Source of the DNA: a virus
Lineage: Duplodnaviria; Caudoviricetes
IMG/VR virus record: IMGVR_UViG_3300050142_000050
Coordinates: 96,001-160,000 of that record
Length of the DNA: 64,000 nucleotides
Direction: 5' to 3' (one strand)
The position numbers were made by a program, and so were the translations under genes. Numbering within the stretch: the first letter of the stretch is position 1; every line of letters starts with the position of its first letter. This document shows positions 28,701 to 38,450 of the stretch, in pieces. Under the pieces are notes generated by a model. That model was not told where the DNA came from. It searched no databases and was given only the letters and a program-made list of their open reading frames with translations.

Positions 28701-29087
28701 CTCTGCTGGGATTTCCAGCATATTGTAGTTCTCGTCATACTGCACGGAGTTCTTGCGCAGCCAATCAGAACTCATCTTCAGCGCAAAGGGCACTGTCGCT
28801 GGTTTACCCATTACCTTGGAATAGGTGAACTCTGAGAGATGGGTCAGAAGGTGCTTGGCGGTACGAGCCCTGTTCTTGTAGAGATAAGAGAGCCGATCAT
28901 CGATCTCCTCATTGAGCTTGGAGAAGATGTGGCACATGGACATCATCTGGATCACAAAACCATTGAAGGGATCGACGATTGATACTTCCTGAGTATCAGT
29001 ACTCTCCAGAGCATCGATCATCGTCGAAGCCAGGAGTGACGGAGTTCGGATGAGATCCGTTGTCACGGTGGACTGATTAATAGCCAT
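25746..29087 (-). CDS. Baseplate wedge-like structural protein (1113 aa)
   Basis: N-terminal DPFNGFV...YLYKNRARTAKHLLTHLSE and a C-terminal region resembling contractile-tail wedge subunits of phiKZ-like phages; internal beta-repeat insertion. Confidence 0.6.
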   Translation of the reverse strand: MAINQSTVTTDLIRTPSLLASTMIDALESTDTQEVSIVDPFNGFVIQMMSMCHIFSKLNEEIDDRLSYLYKNRARTAKHLLTHLSEFTYSKVMGKPATVPFALKMSSDWLRKNSVQYDENYNMLEIPAESYIEMSGTRFATYYPIQFLINRNTDALSATYRLDDTHPLYTLESNALLRSYTEVKDGIEWFLISFNMFQYAMDVQTFNASSNQGFAKTLTYTDKFYAIRVMHRLDSGLWSEMTISLSTMNYDRTVPTAIISLDPDNNQIGIKIPLVYFTTGLLRNSIKVMIYTTKGAINYSVNMTDLQSIAAHWVTSDSVYSAPMEKMPSWGLLPVSEVISGGSDPMTYAELRDAVVNNRLSDAVAITMAQLEQKAIAAGFEAITREADNVTDRLYFVWKTLRDSSDMIIPTLSGSILLDADTLDGDPETIINFDDGYHTILPTTVYKLPGESTVCTPLTTAEANNFKTMSKQEIVDELNKGNYVRQPFHIVLQEDPRSPTAKIYHMMSPTFTNLVFKDENAHSAPQMSAIAGALVHRANGTGGFLLNLHVERSANIVDLDASLLSVVLTVIDTKGEKYYLPLTCASSTDGDDVWQAILGTNYRITSENTIILVMYDENDTESSAVINMNQEFKLIYSFKTSYDSTIPKDATLNALLPTTLKTPSTAMCYQTVMMEFGKDLTDQLYTGVNVTWGSDVYQTATENVYHKATAPIYQYDESGIIYTDSDPLGYGSLKVCLMYEAGDTPPDTGDIVTKTARNIAVPSSGTTTVIEVVDATGFLIGMPVRGLNIPTNATVQTKNGNLITINKVITAAIPAGSVITGSNSQVMVRTSAVQSAISRTIPMAHTTGIYPGMTAHCIDFNRGTTVVSVTGSSVTVSADPKAVLPAGRLITFVNATAHGVIKIAKGDVLLGVDGKALIESYARNKYRIPAILFDGRIFASESPEDTALVSSIHDTISTHADQIATIDENMREVCSTFYRPYRTMGYSSFAKGNSQYLTLPLTVGFSVTLYVDESTYNNEDARDLMEQTIITTINDAVDDDYIDIQRIGKAIDDAVSDDSTRVEMGGINNDPSLRFLALNEKGTGTSVGQVLKLLDDGTIDRVPDITITFIQKP

Positions 29088-29149
29088 TATAGTTCACCTA
29101 CGGTAAGTTTCTAGGATCACATGATAGGAATGATAGTGCATAGTTAATA

Positions 29150-29175
29150 CACTCCTCCCCATGTGGGGAGGAGTG
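29150..29175 (-). terminator. Hairpin between 29182 and 29087 genes
   Basis: cactcctcccc-atgt-ggggaggagtg. Confidence 0.55.
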
Positions 29176-29181
29176 GTATCA

Positions 29182-30324
29182 TTACAATCCGATAGAATTA
29201 CTAGCGCTCGACGATGTCGAAGAAGACACCGCATTACGCAATGCCTGTGTAGCAGACTCGATGTCAGACGCCTTAGGTACCAGCGAAATCTCTTCCTTAC
29301 GAGCATAGAAGTCAAGAAAGTTCGTACCCCCGAAGAGATCGATGTATGGTACACCCATCATGTTGTATTCAGCACCATGCTCCACCTTGGTGCGAGTCTC
29401 GGTCAGATTAGAACCAGCATAACGCTCCACTAGGTGGTTAAACATGCGCAGATGGATAGGATCCATATAGGCGATGTGGTTGGCCACGAAGTTGCATGTG
29501 AACTTCTGTCCACTATGAACAAAGCTCTCACCCGGACCATAGTTGAACTTATCACCGAGAGGTACTGAGGTAGGGTAACACCCAGTGGCCTTAGCCCATC
29601 CAGTGATACGACGCTGGGTAGCATCCAGAGTGAACCGATAGATCGAACATGTATAGTTCAACCGATTGAGTTCGCGATCCTCTGGATAAGGGACGATGCG
29701 ACCTTCCATCTGGAGAATCATCGCCAGGATCCAGTAATAGAGCATGTTGATCACATACCCATTCTGGATGTCACGGAACTGACAACTCAAGTTGTAAGTA
29801 CGACGACCCAGATCACCACCACGGACCATGGTCATGTCTTCGCCGAACAGACCGGGATCGGTGGTCTTGTATTCCGCAGTCACATCAGGGAAGCCACCGA
29901 TACTCTCAATCGAGTTCGAGAGGGGGACATTGAAAGGAGATTCATCGTTGAAATAAGGAGACGCAGCAGCAAACTGTCGGATAGCTGCCGAACGTGACCA
30001 CACTGTATCGAGATTGGCCCGGATAGAAAACATCCACGAGAGAGCATCGATATCATCGAGCATCGCTAGAGTACGATCTTGACGGATAGATGTGGTCGTG
30101 AAGTTCAGTCTAGGACGAGTGAAGAAGACTAGACCTGTCTTCTCCATATTCGGTTGGATAGGGACGGTCCCATACCGATCATGCTTTGTCAGGAATCCCT
30201 GAAGTGAACTCGAGTATCCTCCTCGTCCAGACCCCACATAGGCTGACGATCTGATCGCCGATAAGAGGGCCTCTCGACTGGTGGTATCCATCCTCTGATA
30301 GTTAAAAGTGGAGATGTCTGCCAT
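29182..30324 (-). CDS. Virion structural protein, possibly tail-tube/baseplate related
   Basis: GLVFFTRPRLN and FNVPLSNSIESIGGFPD motifs recall tube-fold structural proteins of jumbo phages. Confidence 0.55.
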   Translation of the reverse strand: MADISTFNYQRMDTTSREALLSAIRSSAYVGSGRGGYSSSLQGFLTKHDRYGTVPIQPNMEKTGLVFFTRPRLNFTTTSIRQDRTLAMLDDIDALSWMFSIRANLDTVWSRSAAIRQFAAASPYFNDESPFNVPLSNSIESIGGFPDVTAEYKTTDPGLFGEDMTMVRGGDLGRRTYNLSCQFRDIQNGYVINMLYYWILAMILQMEGRIVPYPEDRELNRLNYTCSIYRFTLDATQRRITGWAKATGCYPTSVPLGDKFNYGPGESFVHSGQKFTCNFVANHIAYMDPIHLRMFNHLVERYAGSNLTETRTKVEHGAEYNMMGVPYIDLFGGTNFLDFYARKEEISLVPKASDIESATQALRNAVSSSTSSSASNSIGL

Positions 30325-30452
30325 AATTAATTCCTTAAAGGAAGTCTAATATTGGCGACTATATCGCCCGGGTCAATATTATGATAGTTTCGGCAAGGCC
30401 GTGTTTGCGGCGCTGTCTGGTCCTAGCCCTCATCATCATTCACAGGTGGAAC

Positions 30453-31712
30453 ATGACGGATATCAAGGTAAATCAATCTACCGCAGACGGTGCAGCCATC
30501 GGCACGATTTTTGGCCAGATTGCTACCGGTCTCACTCAAGCGAGTGCCCTCCTGGGTAGCCCGGGCACGATCGCCAATCAGACCAAGGCAGCTCGCCTCG
30601 AATATAACATCTTCGTCGACGAGAACTTGTCGGGCGAGCCCGTCCTCGAAAACATCCCCCCTATCTGTCACAAGTGGTACATCGCCCAGATCATGACTGT
30701 CATGCATCTGAGCCGCCTGGTGACATCCGGAGTGAAGGTCGCTGACATCCTGTCTCCCATCACCGGTCTGACCACCGTGCAGGCTCGTGCACAATCGCGT
30801 CGCTTCGGGCTGATGCGCGCAGCTTCCGGTGGAGGTCGTCGTAAAGACGACTGGCGTGATCGTCTGGACGATGATCAGTACCAGCGTGTACAAGAACAGG
30901 AGATGTTCGACCACTTCAACAAGCTGGTGGACTCGAAGAACAAGATCGAGCAGACCGTCAAGGATGCCGAAGCCAAGGCTGCTGATGACAAGTATCAGCG
31001 CGAGAGCTCGCAGATCACGATCAACTCGGTCGAAGTCGGCAAGAACCTGATCTCGCACATCGGTGAGCTCCTCGAAGTCAAGATGACGCATCCTGAGAAT
31101 GCTTCGCATCAGATCACTGTCCCGCTCTATGTCTCGATGCGTCCGAGTGTCATGAAGGCAGAGGTCGCTCCTCGCTTCATCGACCTGGGCGTGACACGTT
31201 CGTTCTGGGAACGCTGGACGATGTGGCGGCACGGTGAGATCTCCTTCTTCAAGGAGCTCCTGGGCATGCAGGACATCCTGAAGGAACGCAGGCAGGCTTT
31301 CCATGATGAGGAAACTCGTCAGGCTTTCGCCAACTTCCGCGATCTCCTGGATCAGAAGGATGTCGGCTATTTCGGTCCGCTGCTCCATGCATTTGCTACA
31401 GGCAAGGTCAAGGCCAGTGGTAACTTGGCTAACACCGTGATGATCTTCTCGGCCGACACTGTGGAACAGGCTCGTCTGGAGAGCGGTATCAATATCTACA
31501 AGAACATGCAGCGCTACTTCGATCAGACCTATTCGATGATGGTCATCATCGTCGATCCGTCACATCGCCGTGTGCAGATCTTCATCAACGGGATCAAGGG
31601 CGATATCAATCTGTCCTATGACCAGCTCAAGCCCTCGGGTAAGGGTGGATCGATCGATCTCGATGACATGATCAAAGCGATCACCGCCGGCAACATGGGT
31701 CGTATGCGCTGA
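30453..31712 (+). CDS. Virion structural (head) protein
   Basis: Start moved to ATG 30453 after AGGTGG; sequence recalls a conserved phiKZ-like structural family (FWERWTMWRHGEISFFKELL). Confidence 0.65.
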   Translation: MTDIKVNQSTADGAAIGTIFGQIATGLTQASALLGSPGTIANQTKAARLEYNIFVDENLSGEPVLENIPPICHKWYIAQIMTVMHLSRLVTSGVKVADILSPITGLTTVQARAQSRRFGLMRAASGGGRRKDDWRDRLDDDQYQRVQEQEMFDHFNKLVDSKNKIEQTVKDAEAKAADDKYQRESSQITINSVEVGKNLISHIGELLEVKMTHPENASHQITVPLYVSMRPSVMKAEVAPRFIDLGVTRSFWERWTMWRHGEISFFKELLGMQDILKERRQAFHDEETRQAFANFRDLLDQKDVGYFGPLLHAFATGKVKASGNLANTVMIFSADTVEQARLESGINIYKNMQRYFDQTYSMMVIIVDPSHRRVQIFINGIKGDINLSYDQLKPSGKGGSIDLDDMIKAITAGNMGRMR

Positions 31713-31743
31713 TCCTCAGGTAAGATATTGAAGGGATAGTTTC

Positions 31744-32697
31744 ATGGGAATTCTCAACAAGATCCAAGAGTGGCTCATGGGTACGCCCGCGCAGTCGCTC
31801 GATCGTTATAAGGTACTCGCTGAAGCGACGGGTACTCTTAACTTCCTCGACCGTGCTGACCGTTATGTCAATGCGGTCTCTTCGGATTATAACATCCGTG
31901 AACTCCTGACCGGTCGTCAGGCTCCCGATGGTACCTACAAGACCAAGGCGCTGGCCGGTTATAAGGCCTTCGTGAAGTCTGCTCCTCGCTATATTCAGCA
32001 GCTGGAAGCCAAGACTCCCATGAGTGGGGTCCTCGAATCCTTCAGGCATCTGCGCTATGAAGTGCAGGCTATCGAAGACAAGTTCGTGGAACTCTTCTCT
32101 CGTGGCGACAAGACTGTCGACATCGAAGATCTGCGAGTATCGTCTCTGATGATGTTCGGTTTCCTCAATGCAGTCGATGCTTATATCGAATGGGTGGGGA
32201 TGATCGGTGAGCTCTTGAATGGGAACTTCAAGACTCCCTACTACGCCAAGCTCGCTGAGTCGATGGCTACCCAGCATGTACCGCTCCTGCGCAACACCGA
32301 GCATAGCTCGCAGACCTATTCGGTGATCGAGGCTTATATCCTCGATATGCGCAAGCGTGGCGTGGACTTGCAGATCAAGAGTGATGACACTTGGTTCTCG
32401 ACTCTGGTCGATGATGCAGAGTTCACTCCTGCTGAACTCGATATGCTCAAGCCTCAGGTCATGGGTTTCTTCGGTGTGGTCGGTCCGATCGTCCACCTGC
32501 TGGAGCGCAAGTATCTCAAGCGTCAGCAACGCTTGAAGGACCAGATGGAACTGATGGAAGCCCGCATCGTCTTGGTCACCCGCAAGTTGGAAGGTCTCGA
32601 TCCTGAATCTCCCGAATACATTCGGTTGAGTAAGGTTATAGCGAGCTACGCTGACAGCATCGCAAAGCTCGATCAAGAGATCGATCGCTCTCACTGA
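31744..32697 (+). CDS. Probable virion structural protein (317 aa), C-terminal coiled coil
   Basis: Co-oriented in the structural operon, biased codon usage. Confidence 0.7.
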   Translation: MGILNKIQEWLMGTPAQSLDRYKVLAEATGTLNFLDRADRYVNAVSSDYNIRELLTGRQAPDGTYKTKALAGYKAFVKSAPRYIQQLEAKTPMSGVLESFRHLRYEVQAIEDKFVELFSRGDKTVDIEDLRVSSLMMFGFLNAVDAYIEWVGMIGELLNGNFKTPYYAKLAESMATQHVPLLRNTEHSSQTYSVIEAYILDMRKRGVDLQIKSDDTWFSTLVDDAEFTPAELDMLKPQVMGFFGVVGPIVHLLERKYLKRQQRLKDQMELMEARIVLVTRKLEGLDPESPEYIRLSKVIASYADSIAKLDQEIDRSH

Positions 32698-32707
32698 GGA
32701 TCAAACC

Positions 32708-33640
32708 ATGCGACAGCATCATCATCACAACCTGCGCCAGGTGTTGCCCAATACACAGGCGCTTGGTACGATGTTTATTCCGACACACAATCGGTTCTTT
32801 TGGGCAGTCGAGAAATATCTCGATCTGATCACCGCTCGAGACCGTCTCGAGTTCGGTAAGGGGACGAAAGTCCTTTATGCAGTACTCCAGGGTACCGGTA
32901 GGTTTGATTACCAGGACACGATCGCGGTCGCCGATAAGGCCATCCGCCTGGGCATCATCCCTGATGACATCTCGTCGTTCGGATATGCCCAGGTGCGCAA
33001 CAATATCCAGTTGTATGGTACCGAGCTCATCCGCCTCATCAGTGAACGAGTCTCGCTCATCATCAATGGGAATGTGAGCAACCCTCGACCATTCAGTGGA
33101 AACAACCAGGGTCGCGTGCGTCGCAACTTCTATACGCCACCGCTCACCCTGGTGACTGGTTTACAGAAGGTAGCGGATGCCTGCTTCCGTCCTGAGTTCG
33201 CAGAAGATACTCTACGAACAGCTGAGTTCGATGCACTGTCCTGTCTAGCGCATGTCCGGGATTCCCGCAGTTTCTCGGCTGAGTCTCAGACTTCGTGGGG
33301 TGCTCTATTACAAGCGCTCAAGGTTCTTTCATGGCATCTCTCGATGCCCTGGACGGATCACATCGCATGTTCTCGAGTGTTGCGCATCCTCTGGGTGATC
33401 GCCAAGATGGTCTACGGCGATGTCATCGCCAGTCCTCTCCTGCGCGATATGAATGTCGGACTGCGGATGAACAAGTGCTTCGTCACTGATGGTACGGCAG
33501 CAGCACTACCGTGGCCGACAGCCAACACCATGCGCATGTATGTCGAAGAGTACACTCGTGGTACCTCTCCGCGTGCTAAGGCGTATCTGGACGCAGTCAG
33601 CTTGGACATCGACCCTTCGCAAGGAAACTTTGATGCATAA
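32708..33640 (+). CDS. Hypothetical protein (310 aa)
   Basis: GAGGA ribosome-binding site; overlaps the next start. Confidence 0.75.
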   Translation: MRQHHHHNLRQVLPNTQALGTMFIPTHNRFFWAVEKYLDLITARDRLEFGKGTKVLYAVLQGTGRFDYQDTIAVADKAIRLGIIPDDISSFGYAQVRNNIQLYGTELIRLISERVSLIINGNVSNPRPFSGNNQGRVRRNFYTPPLTLVTGLQKVADACFRPEFAEDTLRTAEFDALSCLAHVRDSRSFSAESQTSWGALLQALKVLSWHLSMPWTDHIACSRVLRILWVIAKMVYGDVIASPLLRDMNVGLRMNKCFVTDGTAAALPWPTANTMRMYVEEYTRGTSPRAKAYLDAVSLDIDPSQGNFDA

Positions 33641-34640
33641 GTCACATATGCTCCCCTTCGTCATCGACCGAATGTCGAACATGCTCCTGCGCATGAATCA
33701 GCTGACGTCGTCCGGAACAGTACTCGCCAACAAGGCGGCTCATGCTCGCACTATGCGCGATGTGGTGGCTCAGTATGGCGCATCACGGCAGTTGGTGGCA
33801 CTGGCTACCGAGTCGATCTCCGGACTGACTGATATGCCTGAGCTGCGCCTCCTGGGGGCTTACTCGGAACATCGGTGGTCTGCTCACAATGTGAAGGCTC
33901 TGGAATCTCTGGAAAACGCAGTGGTATGTACCACTGACGAAGAGAACAAGAACCTGGGTGAGACCATCACTATCCTGCGACAACTGTTCGAGGATGCGGA
34001 CCAGTCTCTGGACGTACTCTCCTCGAGCGTCGCTAAGACCCGTGCAGACGTTTCGATCGTCAAGGACACATATTCCTATGGTCGTATCATGAGCCTCTCC
34101 AGTGAGGCTTATAATCGATTTTTGGATACATTGACGAGCTATCTGACAGCGTTCCTGTCGATCGACATGACTCTGACCGAAAAGACAGCTTCGGAGCTGG
34201 AGTCTGAAGCTGATTCCACCACCGAGGAAATCTCTTCGGTATCAGGCATGTTCGGTTGCAACGTGACATACTGCGGGATTCACTCCGTCGACCGCGATGC
34301 CGACTTCACTCCCAAAACAACGACGATTGCCGATGCTGGCCTTTCTCGTGAAGTCCTGACTGATCTCCTCACCAAGAACCTCGATCTCCTCGAAAAGATG
34401 TCGACGGTAGCTTGGCATGGTGATGTTGTTGTGCAGGCTCTAGAAAAGCTCGTCGAGCAGTACAACGAGCTGATGGCTTCGGAAGAAGAGCAGAGTCGTG
34501 TTTATGCGGCTTCGCATCGCCGGATGGTCGAGATCATCGCTGGAGCGATCGTGCACTTCTTCAATGAGGGCATGTCGATCACGAATCGTCTGGTTTCGGT
34601 GAGCGATCAGTTCGTCGACTCCGAGATCAAATGTCTTTGA
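33633..34640 (+). CDS. Probable internal head protein (335 aa)
   Basis: Start moved to ATG 33633 after AAGGA; ATE/ALE/SLE motifs of the S/A/G-X-E type cut by the phiKZ prohead protease. Confidence 0.6.
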   Translation: MHKSHMLPFVIDRMSNMLLRMNQLTSSGTVLANKAAHARTMRDVVAQYGASRQLVALATESISGLTDMPELRLLGAYSEHRWSAHNVKALESLENAVVCTTDEENKNLGETITILRQLFEDADQSLDVLSSSVAKTRADVSIVKDTYSYGRIMSLSSEAYNRFLDTLTSYLTAFLSIDMTLTEKTASELESEADSTTEEISSVSGMFGCNVTYCGIHSVDRDADFTPKTTTIADAGLSREVLTDLLTKNLDLLEKMSTVAWHGDVVVQALEKLVEQYNELMASEEEQSRVYAASHRRMVEIIAGAIVHFFNEGMSITNRLVSVSDQFVDSEIKCL

Positions 34641-34650
34641 TCTGATTGAT

Positions 34651-34678
34651 TAGGGAGAGGGCTCACGCCCTCTCCCTA
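34651..34678 (+). terminator. Hairpin terminator
   Basis: tagggagagggc-tcac-gccctctcccta, then cttcattttat. Confidence 0.7.
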
Positions 34679-34720
34679 CTTCATTTTATGCTTTGTTACT
34701 CGAATTAGAGGATAGCCCAC

Positions 34721-36106
34721 ATGTTCTCCGTTATGTCCACCGAATCTCTGGCGTTTCAGCCTCGCAGTAAGCTCTACAACCAAGTCTCCGCACTGTGTCA
34801 GGAAGCACTCGACATCATCCAACCTAAGATCAAGGTTGTTCAGCTCTCGGACAAGATGGCTCGTGACGAACTGATGAAGATGAGGTTCCCTCTCCGCCTA
34901 GTGGAGATTGCCAATGAGGCGATGGGCCCCATTTTCAATCGCTGCTTCATCGAATCATCCCCCATGGGGGTGAACGCCTACTGCGGTATTGATGATGTAA
35001 CGATGCGAGGTCGCGGTGACTCTCTGGGCACACTCCTGGAGAAGTATAATCGGGACTACGATGATCACTCGGGTAAGCTCAATCCGAAAGATGACGTCAA
35101 GGTCAAGATGTTCATGGGCATCTACACCGGCTTCTTCGTTCTCAAGACTCCGGGTGGTGAACCTTACTTCACTGCCGACGAGATTGCCGCGATCATGCTT
35201 CACGAAATGGGGCATGCCGACGACTTCATCCGCACATCGCTGCGTACCATCAAGGTCACCACCGACAGTGCCGAGATCGTACGCTACGTGCAGGATCATC
35301 CCTCGGCAGAGAACGCTATGGCGGTCATCGAGACCTTGAAGAAGAAGAATCACCTCGACCGCACTTGGACGGTAATGCTCGCACGATGTGAGGAGTATTT
35401 CAAGAACAATCCCGAACCCTCTGACCCCTACTTCTTCGAGGCATTGGGAGCTCTATGTAATTCGATGAACTCCTCTTCTTTGTTCAACTGTGCATATATA
35501 TCGGAGATGTATGAAAGCGGGGAGAAGCAGAATCGCCGGTGGACCACCGAAACCCTCGTCGATATGGAACGCCAGGCCGATGAGTTTGCGACCCGCAATG
35601 GTGCCGGTGCGGCAGCGGTTAGCGGTCTTCACAAAATGTATCAGCAGTACAATAGTCTGAGTGGGACCCTCGCAGAAATGCGTCGTAGCCCTTTCCTCGC
35701 ATATGAGATTTTCGCTATGACGCTCACATCTCGCATCAATGAATTCATTAATCCGTCAATCGACACGTCGGTTACCGCATACGACCCACTATGGCGTCGC
35801 ATGGAGCTCATCGTCGAGACTATGAAACACTCTTTCTCTAAGGATCCTAGCGAAGAAGTGAAGGTTCACTATCGTAAAGAGATCGAGATCGCTGAGAATA
35901 TTATCCGTCGCTACAAGAGCTCCGCGGCGGCAATCACGCGCAAGGCTATCCTTACCTCCACGAAACTTGTGTCAGTACCTTTGGGGGTACTCTTCTCTCC
36001 ATTCCTGACTTGGTCACGCCGGAGTGACGATTACACCAAGCTGAGTCATTCGACTCGTCATCTGACGCGAAACGACTTCAGCTACATCGCCGACACATTG
36101 CGATAA
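34721..36106 (+). CDS. Zinc metallopeptidase-like (M48-type motifs) probable virion protein
   Basis: EIAAIMLHEMGH (HEXXH) plus downstream ERQADEFATRNG; N-terminal STE-S processing-like site. Confidence 0.7.
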   Translation: MFSVMSTESLAFQPRSKLYNQVSALCQEALDIIQPKIKVVQLSDKMARDELMKMRFPLRLVEIANEAMGPIFNRCFIESSPMGVNAYCGIDDVTMRGRGDSLGTLLEKYNRDYDDHSGKLNPKDDVKVKMFMGIYTGFFVLKTPGGEPYFTADEIAAIMLHEMGHADDFIRTSLRTIKVTTDSAEIVRYVQDHPSAENAMAVIETLKKKNHLDRTWTVMLARCEEYFKNNPEPSDPYFFEALGALCNSMNSSSLFNCAYISEMYESGEKQNRRWTTETLVDMERQADEFATRNGAGAAAVSGLHKMYQQYNSLSGTLAEMRRSPFLAYEIFAMTLTSRINEFINPSIDTSVTAYDPLWRRMELIVETMKHSFSKDPSEEVKVHYRKEIEIAENIIRRYKSSAAAITRKAILTSTKLVSVPLGVLFSPFLTWSRRSDDYTKLSHSTRHLTRNDFSYIADTLR

Positions 36107-36110
36107 GGAT

Positions 36111-36142
36111 GTACGGTACCACCCTCGCGGGTGGTACCGTAC
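36111..36142. terminator. Bidirectional hairpin between convergent genes
   Basis: gtacggtaccaccc-tcgc-gggtggtaccgtac, 14-bp stem. Confidence 0.7.
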
Positions 36143-36144
36143 CT

Positions 36145-36555
36145 TCACGATATGATTTTGCAGAGGTAGCCGGCAGATGCCAACAGAGCGACCACGTTCT
36201 CGATATTCCCATCGGGGATATCGACTTTGATAGTCTTGGAGACACCTTCGGTGATGACCGAGAGGCTACCGGCCGTGATCCACTCGTTGGCGAAGATCCG
36301 CGTCACGGGATTCTCAGCACCATTGTCGATCTCGACCATGAAGTAAGTGAGCTCAGTGACATCAGAAGTCACCGTAGCATCCACCTGACGCACCGCGTTG
36401 TTGTACGGGATGGGATTGGACAAGAACGCCTTATACCCACGATAGGAACCGCGTGAGAGGAGGGTGCCTACCCATACAGTCTCATCACTCAGGTTCTTGG
36501 AGCGGAAGCGAATCTTGTCCCCGATGTCGACATCATTGATTGTCAGGTTTGGCAT
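36145..36555 (-). CDS. Hypothetical protein (136 aa), SH3-like beta-rich N-terminus possible
   Basis: GAGGA ribosome-binding site; overlaps the chaperonin stop by 23 nt. Confidence 0.7.
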   Translation of the reverse strand: MPNLTINDVDIGDKIRFRSKNLSDETVWVGTLLSRGSYRGYKAFLSNPIPYNNAVRQVDATVTSDVTELTYFMVEIDNGAENPVTRIFANEWITAGSLSVITEGVSKTIKVDIPDGNIENVVALLASAGYLCKIIS

Positions 36556-38404
36556 CTCGGTTCCTCATGTCGATGATCTGACCAGTATTGGCCAACTTCG
36601 GAAGGATGTCCTTGAACCGACGGAACTGCTCATCATAACCGATGAAAGCTTGGATGAGAGCATGCTCGCCATCACAGTCCAGAAACCCTTTCATAACATC
36701 GGGATTGGCCAGATCGCCCTTCTGGATGACGGCTTCATCATCCTTGAGGCGACTGATGCGATAGACGAACTTACTGAAGCTATCTGTGGTCAGAGGGAGA
36801 GGTGCTCGAGTAGCAGCCATCAGGATCTCGACCAAGGTGGTCTGGAGATCGTGAATGACATGCGTCGGATCACTCTTCTCGACACGACCATTGATGATAC
36901 CCAGCATGTGATCATAGCCCGAAAGCACGAAGCCATCGAAGACTGCGCTGGTAGCCGCTGTGATGGCATCCTGGAACACGGTCAGGTTCGAGGCCTGCTC
37001 ATGCCGGGTATCGCCCAGTGTGATCTCATAGAGCTTCTGCGTCGTCGTATGACGATAAAGATCGGTAAGGTGTGCCAGATCTTCGGGATCCAGTGGAGGA
37101 TTGACCGGATCGTTCTGACACTTCTGGATGGTATCGAGCATCTCATCGACCACCGCATTGTAGAAAGGATGATCGGGAGAATTCAAGAAAGGATGGTTAC
37201 TCCCACCATCACGATGGTAGAGACCACTCAGTTCGACAGTGCCACCATGTTGGAACACACTCACACCACCATCGAGACCGATCAGGAGATCACTCGCGGA
37301 CTGCGTGAAGTTACGCTCGAACTTACCAGCACCGGCCACGGCCTTGATGGCTGATACCACCGAGTAGAGAAGACGAGGACGAGCGTGGAACTGGATGCGG
37401 ATGATCCGACCACCCTTCGTCTGCTGATTGTAGGTGTCGATGACCTGATTGAGACGCGATGATTGGAACGAAGGTGCCAAGATCACCAGATCTCGCGTCA
37501 ATCCTTCATTGAGCTTCTTCCAAGGTGTCATACCACCCAGATCCTGCATGGTAGCTGGATCATCACCGACGATGAGTTCGGTGAGGAAGAGCTCTTCCAG
37601 AGAGCTGTCAGCGATCACCTGCTCAGCCATATATAGGACGCAATCTTCCGACAGCATCTGTGTACCAGACTGGTGATTGAGGTCATAGTGAGATTCACAA
37701 CGACCTTCCAGGATGAAGTCGTAAGGGACCTGCTTCAGGATGAAGGGGTCAGAGATCTCAGTGGTCTCAGGACGCACCTTGAAGACTCGTCCACCCTTCT
37801 CAGGGAGACTGGACACCACGGTAGCGATCTTCTCGGACAGATCGCGGTTACCCTTCGAGCTGACCATGGCCATATTCCAGGCCACTGCATACTTGATGTC
37901 CTCACGGGAGTATTCACCCGCCAGATCCATCGTACCGATCAATTCCTCCAGATCATCGATCGTGATCTTGGTCTTCTCGAATTCCTGCCAAATGGACTTG
38001 AGCGTTTCAGCCAGTTGGATGGAACGAGCGATATTCTTAGTACCGATGATGTTCTCATCGAGACCATTGAGGATGTGGCGCATGCTCAGTGCCAGGAACA
38101 ACATCGATGTCGTGGTACCATCACCACAGCGCTGATCCACTGCATGGCCCACGAAGCGGCACATACGCGACAGACTGCGCTCCACCGGACATTCGGATGA
38201 GTAGAGCGATGTCAGGATGCGGATACCATCCTTGGTGAATTCCTCGACATCATTGTTCTGACGATATTTCGAGGAGATCAGGGCACTTGCCGCATAAGGA
38301 CCAGTGTGCAACTTGAGGATGTCGATGATCCCATCGAGTACCTTGACGCCCTTGGTCTTGAGATCTGCGATCGAAGACTGATTGTAATAGATTTTATCCG
38401 ACAT
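36533..38404 (-). CDS. groEL: GroEL-like chaperonin
   Basis: HTGPYA, FTKDGIRIL, CGDGTTTS and FQDAITAATSAVFDG correspond to GroEL nucleotide-binding motifs; ATG 38404 follows AAGAGGA. Confidence 0.85.
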   Translation of the reverse strand: MSDKIYYNQSSIADLKTKGVKVLDGIIDILKLHTGPYAASALISSKYRQNNDVEEFTKDGIRILTSLYSSECPVERSLSRMCRFVGHAVDQRCGDGTTTSMLFLALSMRHILNGLDENIIGTKNIARSIQLAETLKSIWQEFEKTKITIDDLEELIGTMDLAGEYSREDIKYAVAWNMAMVSSKGNRDLSEKIATVVSSLPEKGGRVFKVRPETTEISDPFILKQVPYDFILEGRCESHYDLNHQSGTQMLSEDCVLYMAEQVIADSSLEELFLTELIVGDDPATMQDLGGMTPWKKLNEGLTRDLVILAPSFQSSRLNQVIDTYNQQTKGGRIIRIQFHARPRLLYSVVSAIKAVAGAGKFERNFTQSASDLLIGLDGGVSVFQHGGTVELSGLYHRDGGSNHPFLNSPDHPFYNAVVDEMLDTIQKCQNDPVNPPLDPEDLAHLTDLYRHTTTQKLYEITLGDTRHEQASNLTVFQDAITAATSAVFDGFVLSGYDHMLGIINGRVEKSDPTHVIHDLQTTLVEILMAATRAPLPLTTDSFSKFVYRISRLKDDEAVIQKGDLANPDVMKGFLDCDGEHALIQAFIGYDEQFRRFKDILPKLANTGQIIDMRNRDAKPDNQ

Positions 38405-38423
38405 AAGTCCTCTTTTGAAAATT

Positions 38424-38450
38424 GAGCTGGGGGTCAAATGCCCCCAGCTC
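38424..38450 (-). terminator. Hairpin at the boundary upstream of the chaperonin
   Basis: gagctggggg-tcaaatg-cccccagctc. Confidence 0.5.
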
